Shown: positions 22,306 to 35,400 of the stretch, piece after piece | Layout: every line of letters starts with the position of its first letter | Numbering within the stretch: the first letter of the stretch is position 1 | From: Hyphochytrium catenoides | Taxonomy: Eukaryota > Protista > Hyphochytriomycota | DNA length: 52,434 bases | NCBI GenBank assembly: GCA_900088475.1 | Contig: FLMG01002243.1 | Coordinates: 1 to 52,434 of the forward strand | Direction of reading: 5' to 3' | Translations under genes and position numbers: made by a program | The notes under the pieces: generated by a model | The model's database searches: none | What the model saw: only the letters and a program-made list of their open reading frames with translations | What the model was told of the DNA's origin: nothing

Positions 22306-23036
22306 CCACGACCCACGTCTACTCTGCTCAGTTTGGTGAAGCCCAGTGGGTTTTAAAGAGGTCATAGGTCTACTCCAAGTACAGCGATAACAGAACAGCC
22401 CGAGCGTGGGTTGGACAACATTCCGCCAGCTTTGAGATGCAAGTCTATCAATCAAGGAGATAGAAAGAATACGAGAGTCAGCCTTGGAGTCAGGGGTCGT
22501 TCCCTGCCATTGCTCTGCAACTAGGCCACAACTATCCTGTGACAAAAATAGACTATGTCCTGGTTTTTCCTTGTGACTACGGCGTCTGTAAACGAGAAAC
22601 ACGTAGGAAGTGCTTTATAGGGGCATACGCCTCTACCTCCCTTCCTCTTCTCCCACACACCTGCCTCTATCGCCAACTTTCACCACGGCTGCGTTCTGCG
22701 AAGGTCTGTTCGCTGCTTTGGCCGAGTTAGCTCATCCATCACTAGAGTCCCTCCCTCCAAACTATAGATCATGCTCTGTAAGTGTGCCCGCCTCAAGCTG
22801 GACAGAAGGAGCCTGAGGAACCCACCCGATGCACAATCTCTTGGGGTCATGAACACGCCAAATCTCTCCCATTCCATCCTCACTTTGGTGCGACAATCGC
22901 GAACTGAGAAAGAAGATTGCTACGTCGAATAGAGCAGAACGCTTCAGCTTGGTAATAGGTACATTCGTGCCTAGAATAATTAGAGAACAAGGGAAGAGGC
23001 TACGGAACTATCGAGGAGAAAGGGTGTTTTGAGCTC

Positions 23037-23470
23037 CTACTTCGGAGCGGCCGTTTTTCTTGTGCCATCTCTATTCAGGAAGCTGAAGCACTGATCGTAA
23101 GTGGCACTACCGTGCTTGGAGTCGGCGTGCTGAATAAGCTGTGAGGGCTATCAAGGAAAGAAGGTCACAACGGTGAGCTTCTTATTAGGACGAAGGGAAG
23201 CCAAGTAATGTCTTACCGGATCTCCTCGGCTTTGGGCTAATGTGAACGTCTGACGGCACAACTGGCAGATAGAGGCCTGAGAGTCAGCAGCTGCTCGTGC
23301 TTTCGCGGCTGCACGTTCCTCTGGAGATTTCTTGGCATTCTTCGCATGCCTTTCTCTTGCCTGTACAACGTCCTCTAAGTATAACAAGCTATTGCCCTCC
23401 TCCACGAACCCAGTCCCGTCTTATGTGACATTACCTGCTGCTTCTTTTGTACGTTTGAGCCCTTCCCCAT
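23037..23470 (-). CDS. Small ZNF706/SERF-like C2H2 zinc-finger protein (3 exons, about 93 aa)
   Basis: MGKGSNVQKKQQ|ARERHAKNAKK...SICQLCRQTF...DP|LIQHADSKHGSATYDQCFSFL...*: a basic SERF-type N-terminus plus a CxxC...HxxxxH finger and CF motif. Canonical splice sites. Confidence 0.85.
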
Positions 23471-24054
23471 GCTTCGGTTTCTCTGTAGGTTCTGCGCAGT
23501 TAAGCTACTCTTCTACCAGGCAGCGGTTCCTTGCTGCTTGCATGCCGCTACTATTACAGGCGTCAGTGAGTTTCTAGTGTCCGTTTGGCATTCATTGCGT
23601 CTCAATGAAGCTTCCGACTCGGTCTGGTCTGCATGATGAAGCTCTGGTCCTCCAATCTGAACCTATGATCAGCGGCAACAAGCTATAAGGAATAGATAAG
23701 CCTTGATACCAGTATATGAACGCTTATAAAAGCATCATTTCAAATACTATAGAATGTGTATCAACAATAGAGCGCTAGGTTGATATGTCTATCCCTAATA
23801 ATATTGACTAGTATTCTGGACCGCAGCGGCTTAGCATGGTACTGAAGTAATGTTAGGCTTGGAACTGACTGGGGAGATTCCCTGTCCTTTTCGTTATGAG
23901 AAGAAGTGGAGGCAAAAGCCGATAAAATGTCTCTGTTGCTGGGCTTTGCAATGAGATCTGGATCTCAGGCGGCTTCAGGATTAGAGCGGCTGCCGATTTT
24001 CTGTCTGCAGACGCTTTTTGACCAGCGTGTTGATCCATCATATAACAGTGCAAC

Positions 24055-24660
24055 ATGAGGAACCCGAACTTGTATCCCGAGATAAGGCATGCCTTGGCCT
24101 ATTTCAAAGACCCACAGCCCGTCCTAACCCATCGCCAGGAGGTGATGAGGCTGTACCGGCGGTCGTTAAAGGTGCTTGCATGCTCATATCCTGTCTTTTC
24201 AGCGTTACAATGTCTTACGTTTGAGTTTTTGTAGCTCATGCAATCGTGGGCTATCGACAGAAGACTCATCAACGACGAGGCAGCTAGGATCAGAGGAGAG
24301 TTTGAGGAGAATCGACACCTACCTCCAAAGTCGCTGTAAGCTCTGTTGCTCAGACATAAGTCAGCTTTAGAGCTGATATGACTTCTTATGCATGCGCTAA
24401 CCTGCTCCTTACACAGTGCCACGAAGAGGTTAATAGACGAGGGATATCAGCGTCTTCACGCGAATGCCCACCCTGATAGAGTGGTTCTCTGCTGGTATCC
24501 AGGAGGTTCCAAGTTCACCAGAAACCCTACGCCGCCACTTGAGGTTGTCTACCCTCATGGTATCCCTGAAGGAGAGGATACCAGCAGGATCAATATTGAC
24601 ATGACAAGGGGTCCACCAAAGCAGCTGATCGTAGACTTTGCTGACAAGGACGCGTATTAG
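24055..24660 (+). CDS. NDUFB9: NADH dehydrogenase (complex I) subunit B22, LYR family (3 exons)
   Basis: THRQEVMRLYRRSLK|LMQSWAIDRRLINDEAARIRGEFEENR...|...HPDRVV..WYPGGSKFTRNPTPP: LYR motif plus the NDUFB9-type HPD...PGGSKFxRN motif. Confidence 0.93.
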
Positions 24661-26170
24661 TCGGGGAGAGTCAATACCGCCAATTGGACGGAAGGATCTC
24701 TTTATTTAGTTGATTGGATTTGAGTGAATGGGAAATGCTTGTGCATTCAAGAGCGTGGCTGAGGGTCCTGAGTATATTGCGGACGGAGGCCGTGAACTGC
24801 GGACGACGGTCTGGGTGAGTCAAAGAGTTTGGGTTGCCCCTGTGACTAGAGTACCAGATCTAGAGCAGCCGAGGTGATAGTCCCAACAATCTTCGTTCCT
24901 TCTTTCGAGGCGCTAATAAAGGCGAAGGCAACTTGGAACACAGCTATTCAACTTCCTCCACCTTTCCCTCTCTCCTGATTGTCACATCGATCTTTTATCT
25001 CGCTCGTATCCCTCTATCTATGCTGGATGATGCATTCGTATCTTACTCTCTCTCGTCTTTACGCTCCTTTGTTCTTTCTCCACATTTCTATGTTCTCCGT
25101 CGAGTATCAGTCGCACTTTCCATGGCCCAGTAATGCTGGGGTCGGCTAAAATATGAGCGCAGGATGTCCTTTGCCAAATAAGCTTTAGGTCAAGGCACAT
25201 TGCCTTGAGATGAGAGGCTTTAGTCTCCGTGACCTTTTTAGAGCTTTATCCAACCATCCTCCTCGACTCACAGGGTTCTCCTGATGGTTAGTCAATAGCA
25301 CTTCGCACCTAGCTAGCCCTACAGCTTAACAGAGCTTGAACATGACATTCTTTGGAAGAGACCTGGCGGAGAATGAGGTCTCGGAAAGTATAAGGATAGA
25401 GGCAAAGACAAAGAAGCCAAAGCCACTTCTTCCTGCGCACATCTCTGAGAGTATCAAGCCTCTTTTTCTTTCTTTCTCCACTCAGAGCATCTCTGGTGGT
25501 GAAGTAGAGCAGGCGATCCAACGAGCCATCACAGCTTCAGTTGCCGTGCCTCCTTCCCCAAATTAAATCGGGTGACTTCCCTAATTTTACCTTCACTGTC
25601 TTGAGGTCCCCCCGATTCTAAACGCTTGGTAACCGAACTTAAAGATGCTGTTAAGCTTATGACCTTTGGTCGTTGCGGAGGATTGTCAGAGGCGGAACTC
25701 TGTCTGCTCTGTCTCTCCCTCTCTGTCTCTCTGTCTCTCTATGTCTCTTTCTCTCTCTCTCTCCCCCTTGTTTTCTTTCTCTCTCTCTCTCACGCTCTGT
25801 CTCTCTCCCTCTGTCTCTCCCCGTCTGTCTCTCTCTCGCTCTCTCACTGTCTCGCTCTTACTCTGTCCTGCTGTTCTCTTTCCCCGTCTCCCTAGCCGTC
25901 CACAAGAATGTCCTTCATCCTTCATCCCCTCTCCCTCTCTCTTGCTTGCTCGTTCGCTCTCATTCTTTCTCTCCTTCTCTTCATTGTGCAGCCACTTCCG
26001 TCTAGGAAGAGTAACCTAAGCGTGTTGTCCCGCTGATCCAGATGGATAAAGGTTAAAGCGTCCGAAGTCTTCCCGTCTGCTTCCTAGCCTGACCTTCCGA
26101 GGCCAGAGTACGTGGCACGGTGTGAAGCTCAAGCTCCAGAGGAAAGCAAGGAGGAAGGACGTCAGCCGTC

Positions 26171-28348
26171 ATGAAGGGCGAAGCCGACGCCAGTTCAAGA
26201 GGAGCCAAGCGCGATAAGAAGGCGCTGAGGGCGAATCGCAAGGTGGGCAAACTCTGTCACTTCCCTTAGAAAAGCTGCTCCGGCGGGTCTATTATCTTCT
26301 TTTCCTCAGCTCCCACAGTTCGACTCTCCTCTGCTCTCCGATCTTTCTGTCTCAGTGCTCACGCAACGCGTTGGTTCTGATTTGGGAAGCAGAAGGTAGA
26401 TGAGGAGACTTTGGCAGAACTTAGTGAGGCTTTCCGCATCCTTGATCAAGACAAAGATGGTGCTTACTTCTCTCTGTCTCTCTCTCTTTCTCTCTCTTCG
26501 CTCTCTCTTCTCCGTCCTTCCTTGTTCTCTCTCACTCTCTTGTTATCTCTCTATTGTTATGCTCACTCCATCATTTCCTCTTACATTACTCGGCCTTTCA
26601 ATCCCAACCTACGCTCTCTTCCATTTCCTCTTCGGCCCTGTGCTGTTAGTCACTTTCTACCTCTTTCCTACTGAGGTCATTGGGTTCTCCGCACCTCCTG
26701 TTTGTCAGTTCTTTCTCCTACTGAGGTCATGGGTTCTCCGCGCCTCCCTCTTTCTGTGCCTCCACCTCCCCCAACTTTCTCTAGCGAACTTACTTTCTAT
26801 CTCTGTCTTTCTCTTTCTCCCCTACTTATTGTCCTCTCCTTCTCTTTTTCTTCCTCCTGCGATCTTTGCCGCTCCGAAGTATCTCTCGATATCTCCTGAG
26901 CTCCGTGTCTCCTTATTATCTTCGCTCTCTGTCTCTAACTAACCAATGCCGTTCCGTCCATAGGAGAGCTCAAGTATCCTGAACTGAAGGCTGCCATCAG
27001 GGCGCTTGGCTATGAGATGAAGAAAGAAGAGATCAAGCAGCGAATGATGAATCTTGGGAAGGATCTGCACCACACTGTGGACTTTGATGACTTTCTAGAG
27101 ATTCTCTCGCATAAGCTGGTAAGCCTAGAAGGGAGACGCAATCAATAGAAAGGCGGAGGAGAGAAAGAGGAAAATCAGGCCGTGTCAAGAGAGAGAGAGA
27201 TACAGAGGAGGGAGAAATGGACGCTGGGGAAAGAACAAGAGACCAGGATGGATACGCGAATGATCCCTGCAACCTGCAACTCCTAACGCACTCACAAGGT
27301 TGGGAAAGACTCGAGAGAGGAAGTGGATAAAGTCTTTGAGCTCTTTGACGTGGAGAAGGTTGGCTTTGCTCAGTGGAATCTTGCTCCTTCGCGGCATTGT
27401 GTCACCTCTTATGATACTTAGCATAGTCATCTTTGAAGCTTCTCCTCTTCTATTAATGGCTATTCTCTTCTTAAAGATGCCTATATTTCTCGCGCTGGGT
27501 TTGCTTCCTGCTCTTTTCTCTGCTCCCGGCTACTTTCACCTTTCGAGGTCGTCGCGTTCCTTGTCTCTCACTCTGTGGTACTGAGAATGGTGCTCTATGG
27601 TCAGCACATTTACTAAGCTCAGCCCCATCCTAACTCGTGTCTATAGACAGGAAAAATAACCTTTCGCGCTTTGAAGGAAGTGATAGAAGAGCTAGGAGAG
27701 AAGATTGCGGATGATGAGATTCAGGTAAGGAAAGAACGTTGAAGACGGTAATTATGCCAGGGAAGGATGGGCGAGACAGCTTACAGGAGAGGAAGCCTAG
27801 AAGCCGAAAGAAAGAAATAGAGGGAAAAGAGCACTAGGCTGTGACTGACACGAGCAAGAGGGAGGGAGAGTGAAAGAGAGTGAGTGATGCCGGATCTTTG
27901 AAGGATCCTAACACTCTTTGCAGGAGATGATCTCAGAAGCTGATCGGAACAAAGATGGCGTTATAGATAAAGTAAGAAGACCTTGCCCACATAGACGTCG
28001 AGCAACTTCTTCAGATTGCCATATCCTTTCTCTGGCTGATTGATTGAGCGCGAAGGCCGAGAGACATAATCTTTCCCTCTGTCTTTGTTAGTCTTGATCC
28101 CTCAATCTCTTCAACCTCTGGGCTCTTTCATAGAATGCTCTGATTTCTCTAAGGTCATCCAGATGCTCGTGATTGCGTTTGTCAGGGGTCATGGTGTTCT
28201 GCTGACTGACGAAAGGCAATATCATGTCCGGATCGCTTTCTGCCTTCTTTGTCCGTAGGATGAGTTCTACCGCGTGATGAAAAGTCGAGGAAAGTCTTAT
28301 CTGGAGGACTTATTTGACGAGGAAGAGGGGGACTCCGGGAAACGCTAG
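26171..28348 (+). CDS. Centrin-family EF-hand protein (7 predicted exons)
   Basis: Spliced product LAELSEAFRILDQDKDGELKYPELKAAIRALGYEMKKEEI...VDFDDFLEIL...DSREEVDKVFELFDVEKTGKITFRALKEVIEELGEKIADDEIQEMISEADRNKDGVIDKDEFYRVMK.... The start ATG is less certain. Confidence 0.9.
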
Positions 28349-28653
28349 ATAAGGAAAGAACCGGTAGCCTGGGCCTAGACCCTTCTTGTCTATTCTCTCT
28401 ATAAAGATCGAGAGATATAGGACATAAGTCCAGGAAGGAAGAGGATATACAAAGGGAAAAGGGGAGCAAAGTGGCCGATAAAGACCAACCCTTTGCCTCT
28501 CAAAGCCTCACTTCAGTGGCAGAGTCATAGGGCCTTACGCCGACAAAAGTCATGATCACTGGCACCGATAAAGAAGGGCTTCCAGGCCACTTGAAGAGCT
28601 TGGAGCGTGATGCCTTGGACAGCGTAAAGAGAGAGCACATAGTCCCTGGCTGC

Positions 28654-31590
28654 TCAGGAATAGTCATAGATACCGAGGCGGTGAGAGAGACGGTTAAAGT
28701 CTCCGACACTGGAAGCCTTTCGTATGTTGTCCCATAGCACTGTTGCATAATTCAGCCAGCCGCTAAGTCCAGTTTTTTTCTCTCCTCCTACACTTTCTCC
28801 GGCGTCTATCTCTCTTCCTTTATCCCTGAAGCGGCCTTGAGACATCAACACATAGTCTCGAAGTCGAGAGAGAGAAAGTGTAAGGGCAATCTTGCTATCG
28901 GTGACCTCTTCTTCGTCTTCCGGAGATTGGGGAGCACTAATGAGAGGAAGAAAGAACAGCTTTGGGTCCTCATCATCTCTGCAAGGCCAAGGAAGGGGAA
29001 AGTTTCCCTCTCTCCGTCCACTCCTGTCGTTTAGATCTTGTATGTATGGGTTAGCCGCCGAAGGTTTTAGGGGCTTCTTTTTCCCTGTGAGCTCCTTTCC
29101 GCGTGTTTCCCTAGACGACCCTGACAGGGAGGAAGTCTGCACCTCGTCGTTTTCCTCCACCATCCCTCTGCTTCCCAAAGTAGAAAGCACATATGTCCGG
29201 AGGAACGCACGCCAGGAGTCAAAGAGAGCATCAGGTCCGAAGACCGAAGGCTTCAGCTTGTTCCCAATGAAGACCAGATCTGCCACCGATTCCTAGGACA
29301 GATAAGGTTACGCTACAACTCACAGGGATGGCGGAAAGAGATAGATGCGCAGGGACTGATGGACCCTGATTATCGAGAAGTAGTAAGGAAGATGGTAATA
29401 AAGAGAAGAATCATTTTCTCTCTTTCGCCCTAAAGGTCCAGCTCTTTCGCAGAAAATATACTTACGATCATGACTGGCACCGCCAAGTCGCCCACCATGC
29501 GACTCTCGGCCCGTTGCTCAATTCCTGGCACCCCATCCAGGAGTATTCGTGCTGTCTTTAATGAGAAGAGGAGGGAGTTTGAGAAGGTTGAGGGAGGGGA
29601 GTCCGACACAATAAGAAGGATGTCACAAGCAGAAAGAAGGAACATGATTAGCTGCAGAGAGTGTAGCTCGTGCAGATTCTCGTAAGAGATAGCGCCTGGA
29701 GGAAGCGGTGCGCCTACAAAGGACGAGAGAGCAATCGATGAGGGCTACGCAAGGAATGCAAACTGAGAGGTCATCTAGGCTTCACGATTTTGCCAGACAT
29801 CAGCCCACACACTGCTCAACTTCCCTCGTCTTTGGACCAACTACGAATAAGATGCATGCCTCCTCAATCCATTCTTTGCAAAGGTCCTCAGTTTCGCCTG
29901 CATCTTTATTTCTTCCTTAGCGCTCTCTGGCATATTTGGCTGCCTACCTCTGCCGATCATATCCGAGATTATGGACGCGCTTATGACTGGCTGACAGTCC
30001 AAGAGAAGTACGCCGTGGGGAGTAAGAAAGGCGTCAATGCCAGTGGTTTTATGGCTTCCTTCCAGTAGGTCAGAGAGCTGCATGACGTGGGGCAGAAAGG
30101 GGATCCCAGGGGGGGAGGAGATCAGTACCCAGGCGGAAGCCAACAGAATGGACTGACCATACAGAGGCAGATTGTGGTGCTCCTTACCGTTTGCCTTGGG
30201 AAAGGACAGTCTGTTCCTTCTCCCTGACCTCCCTCCGATAACAAAATGGGTTTGCTAGCGTCCTCTGCCAGTGCAGACATGATGGTTGACTTCCCCGTCC
30301 CCTCCAGGCCCAAGCACCCAACAACCGTGCAATCGGGCACCCGCGCTGTCGGCGGAGGTGGAAGACGTAAAAGAGGCGGACAAGGAGAGAACGTCAGAAC
30401 AGATAATAGAAAATGCATTTGGGAAGTGCGAGGACTGGCCGAGAAAGGAGTCACACGATCAGGTTACACGGTTAAAGGAGAGAGAGAGGTTTGCGCTTGA
30501 ATTGGACCAAATGTTGCCCTAACCTGCCAAGGCTCTCAGACTCTCAAAGCTCTGTGTCATCTCCTGTGTGACAACCTTTACAGCCTGATCAGAAATTGCA
30601 CAGTGATGAGGAGATTAAGGCGGACATAGGCGTGATAGCTTCAAAGTGCAAGCAAGTGAGAGAGGTAAGAGAAAGAAGAGTACCCGGGAGCCTCCGCTCA
30701 CGTACATGGGTGGACTGACGAAGGTTTTGACCAAGAGAGAGGGAGAGATTCTCATGATTGAGCTGTTATACATACAGATATAGAGAGACCAAACGACAGT
30801 GTGGGAAACACTTCTAAACGACAAATGTTGGCGAAGGACTGGATGGTTGAACGGTTGATGGACTAAGGGAGAGATTATGCTCCTGATTGGTACCTTTCGA
30901 GTTCTGACGGGTCCTTCCTTTAGAATAACCGGAGTATCGTTCCAAGCTCTTTGCCCTCTACCTTCACCTGGGCGCCGCAGCAGACGAGATAAGGTCACGG
31001 CAGTCAAGGAGGAATATAAGAGAAACATGAGCAGCAGTAACTTTTGGAGGTGGTTATCAGAAGAAAGGGAGGAAGCAAAGGTCAGAATAGGTTGATAGAG
31101 GTTAAACTGAGAGGATGTGAGGACGGTTACCACTTCCTTCTCCAGCCTGAGGCGAGGGCGCAGCTACAGGCGCCGTTGAGCGAAGGATGAGGGGGACCTA
31201 GATGGGAGAAGGAGAAGCGTGAGGGTCTCTGCCGATGTATACGATAAAAGCCCAGTTAGTGTATGAAGGTGATGAGAGTTGGAGAGGAAAGGAGAGAGAG
31301 AGATGGAGAAGGAGAGAGAGAATTAAAGAAGAGAGAAGAGACCACGAACAGAGAGAAGACGAAGAGAACGAGTAAACGTTATCAAACAAAGTTGGGATCA
31401 AAAGAACGACAGGGTAGGAGGCAGTGAGATGGCACGGCACCTTCTCTTCTCTGCTGGCAAGTTTGGAAGTGAGAAACCGCTCTCCTTGTCTCTCCCTCTC
31501 CCTTCCGTCTCTCCCTCGGCCTCCTGTTTTGTGCCTCGCTGGACCCTGGCCCCGGCCCCGCCCTCGAAAGGAATCGCTGCTCTTCTCCAT
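28654..31590 (-). CDS. SMG9: Nonsense-mediated decay factor SMG9 (P-loop NTPase fold), multi-exon
   Basis: TVVGCLGLEGTGKSTIMS (P-loop), HKTTGID, VLLLDCQPVISAS, LHSLQLIMFLLSACDILLIV, LVFIGNK and C-terminal WLNYATVLWDNIRKAS match the SMG9 motif order. Low-complexity RG-rich N-terminus. Confidence 0.88.
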
Positions 31591-32482
31591 GAGCGCAACG
31601 CCGCAGCCAAGTGGGCGAGACTTCGAGAACAGCAGAAGCGGCCAAGTGCAGGAAGTAAAGAACCAAGACTAGGGCAATACTAGTACTTAAGCAAGAGCAA
31701 AACAGCACCGCAACCAAGCTCTGAACCCTCTGCGTGCTTTGAGGGCTCACTTAGGCCAAGCTAAGGATGTGGAAGGGAGGCGGGCCCCACACAGCGCAGG
31801 AAGAGCGGGAGATGCTGGGTGTGCAAATGCAAGTGGATGCGAAGATGGGCAGAGAAAGAGAGAGAGAGGGGTGGAGAGAGAGAGAAAAGAACAAGGAGAG
31901 AGAGAGAGGGAGCCGTGAGAACAAGCCCGCAGCGAGGAGGAGCGGGTGACGGAAGAAGAGACGAAGAGCGTCATGAGGAAGGAAAGATGCGGAACTGAAG
32001 ATACATCCCTTGCCGTGGTCCGGGGGGAGATTTGGATCATCCAGGGGGAGGCCTGTACTGCTGTACATTATTGCTTTTCTGTGGAGGGAAGAAGATGATG
32101 AGTTGGAAGCAGGTCGGCATGGGAGGCAGACAGAGCCAAGATGGAGAGGAGAGGAGAGAGAGAGAGAGANNNNNNNNNNNNNNNNNNNNNNNNNNNNNNN
32201 NGAGAGAGAGAGAGAGAGAAAAGAGAGAGAGAGAAAGAGAGACTGGAAGCATCAAGTTAGTTGCCCCACTCCACGATAGCATCGCTCATCAAGCTCATCA
32301 ACCTGAAGTTCTGTTCTTTTTCTGCAGACATCTGTAAGCCGGGGTAGTGGCTCCTGTTACCTCTCCAGGGACTCATCAAGAAGGACCACCCGAGGAGATT
32401 TTGAGAAGCAGTCACGCCAGAGAGCGAGAGAGAGAGAGAGGAGGTCAAAGCCTCTTCTCTCTCCTCTCTTCTGATCCAAGAT

Positions 32483-35400
32483 ATGTTTGAGAAGAACCTT
32501 CAGGACCTGGTCAAGGGCATTCGTTCTCACAAGAATGACCCCGGACCCTACATCTCCCAGTGTATCGCGGAGAGCAGGAAAGAGCTTCAAAGCACTGATC
32601 CGTTTATCAAAGCAAATGCCATACGAAAGCTTACCTACCTGCAGATGCTGGGCTATGACATGGCTTGGACAGCCTTCAACATCGTGGAAGTCATGAGTTC
32701 AGAAAGGTGAGGCCGGAGCAAGAGGAGAGCCTAGTGGAAGATAACGTAGAGAGCAGCAGGATTGCAGTTTTGATTGGTGAAGGCGGAGAGACGGGCCAAG
32801 GTGATCTAAGGGCTACAGGGACGGGAACGTGAGAGCAACGGACGTTGAACACGGCGGTCGAGGGTTAGCTACTCAAATCTAGCGCTGAGACTTCCAGAGA
32901 TCAGAGATGGGGCTGGAAAGAGAGGAGTCGGGATAGCGAGGAACAGGGTATCGGGGATATGATTCCGCTGGCAGTGGCCTCAGACTGACAATATCGTCGT
33001 AGGTTTGCTCACAAGCGGATCGGGTATCTAGCAGCCTGTCAGACCTTCACTCAGGACACAGACGTTGTCCTGCTTTGTACCAACCTCTTCAAAAAGGAGG
33101 TATGACACTTTTAAGAAGGATAGAGAGGATGAATTTGCCTTTTTTTTTACCTTTCCTCTCTGCTACGACTCTCAGGCCACTTCCCATCCTTGCTGTTCAC
33201 TCCTTGTTATGTTGGCTCGGCTCAGTTCTTCCCCTCTTCTGCAACTCCGCAGACTTGGTCTGTGTCTTGGTCTTCTCATGCCTGTGTTCGTCCTTCATCC
33301 TTCCCACTTTGAGTGCTTCTCATGCGCTGATCTTCTTTCTGAAAGTCCAGAGGATAACGTCAAAGCCGTCCTTTCCTGTCCCCAGTTCAATGCTCACACG
33401 TACAGATGCTCTCACTCTTTGTCCTTTTGGCATTTGGCGTTATGTCTCGTGCTCTCTCTATGACATTTTCACTGATAAACAGTCTTTCTAACCGCTTTTG
33501 ACTCTCGCTCTCTAGTTCGGTAGTCCCAATGAGTATGAGGTCGGATTAGCTATCAATTGTCTTGGCAACATTGCCACGAGGGATCTCTCCCGCGATTTGC
33601 TGGGGGATGTGGTGGCAATGATGAACAGCATGAAGCCTTACGTCAGGAAGAAAGCAGTTTTGTGCATGTACAAGTAAGTGGAAGACGAAGAGGTGCTGGC
33701 TCAGGGCCCCCTTATCGTGCCAAGGAACTTATAGCTAGCTTATTTGCCTAGAGAGCTCTCCTTTCTACTTGTCTCACTGTTATAAACCATCCAGCTTACT
33801 GTCGTTTGATTGAAATTGTATTGCTTACCTGATCTCGGCCACATGGTCGATCGCTAGTCCTTCTTTGCAGCTCTCTTTTGTCTAATCTGAGCACGTATCT
33901 GATCCGTTATTTCTTTCTCTTTGCTCAAGGCTGTACCTGCGGTATCCTCAGGGTCTGCGTTTGACCTTCGACAAGCTCAAGGATAAAATGGAAGACCCTT
34001 CCGTCTCCGTTGTGTCAGCAGCCGTCAATGTCATCTGCGAGCTCTCACATAAGAACCCCAAGAACTACTTGGGGCTGGCCCCGAACTTTTTTAGGCTCCT
34101 GACGACCTCTTCCAATAACTGGATGCTTATTAAGGTATTACCCCTAACGAGGGAAGGTGCATTAATAGTGAGCATGGACGGATTAACCAGGACATTGGTC
34201 CAACAAGAGCCCTGATCTCCCTTCAGTTCAAAGTTCTGTCGTCCCCACTCTGAACCTCTCACAAGTATTCTCTCCGATGTTCCTAGCTCCGTTTCACTCA
34301 GTGATTGTTTGCCTTTCTTTCTTTCAATCCTTCTCATCTGGGTCTGTTATGTGTAGGTCGTTAAACTTCTAGGCTCGCTCGTGCCTCAGGAGCCGCGACT
34401 GGCTCGTAAGCTTCTCGAACCCCTTTCTTCAATTATAAGGAATACTCCAGCGAAGTCGCTGATGTATGAGTGCATCAACACACTCACGCTCTCGCTTCTA
34501 TACACCAAGTAAGAGGACTAGTAGCCGCCTATCCTCTCAGCTTCTTTTTTTACCGTCGGGCTATGAAACCTTCTCTCTGTGAACAAGAGTCTCTCATCGC
34601 TATCCTTGCCTGTACCATGGCTGGCCACCTTTCTTTACCTTATGCTGGATTACCTCTTTTTGAACTCTCTCACGGCCTGCCTTGTCATCTCGTTCGACGT
34701 TGACTCACTGACTCAGACAACCGCTACACAGTACTTTGGATATTTTACGTCTAAGTAGCCACCACTTCCTCTTCGAAGCGTTCTGACGCTGTTCTACGGT
34801 CTTCTGCCAACCTTTCTCAATCTCTACAATGACCATACACTAGCAGTTTCCTAGACCCAATCTCAATTTGGCCTTTGTCTTTCCCATCCTCAGAAAGCCC
34901 GATGGCTCCGACGCGAAGAATGCTCCGTCCGTGGTCCGGCTATGTAATGACACACTGCGCCAGTTCATCGAGGACCCGGACCAGAATCTAAAGTACTTGG
35001 GGCTCGTAGGGCTGTCCAACTTGATGAAGAGTCATAGTAAAGCAGTGTTGGAGCACCAGGACGTAATTCTCAGATGTCTGGCTGACGATGATATAACTAT
35101 TCGGATGAGGGCTCTCAGCCTGGTAAGCAAACAGAGAGAGGGGAACACTCTAGAGCCTATGAGATAGGGCCAGGCACACATGAAAAAGGAAATAAGATAC
35201 GAACGAGGGTGGAATACTCTGGGCGATATGGCTGGAGAGGGGACCCACAATGGCACGCCAAATCCCCAACTATGAAGGCAGAGTGATGCTCGTAGCCAAC
35301 CAGATGGAGGGGGGATATCAGGAGGGAGCTTAAGAGATGAGAGAGGGCTGTTAGGGACAAGCTGCCCGGCTAAGAGGGAAGGACGACGAAGGATTTTGCT

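Noticed and set aside
25336-25566. 76-aa orphan ORF upstream of centrin
   Set aside because: No homology or splice partner evident; too short to support.
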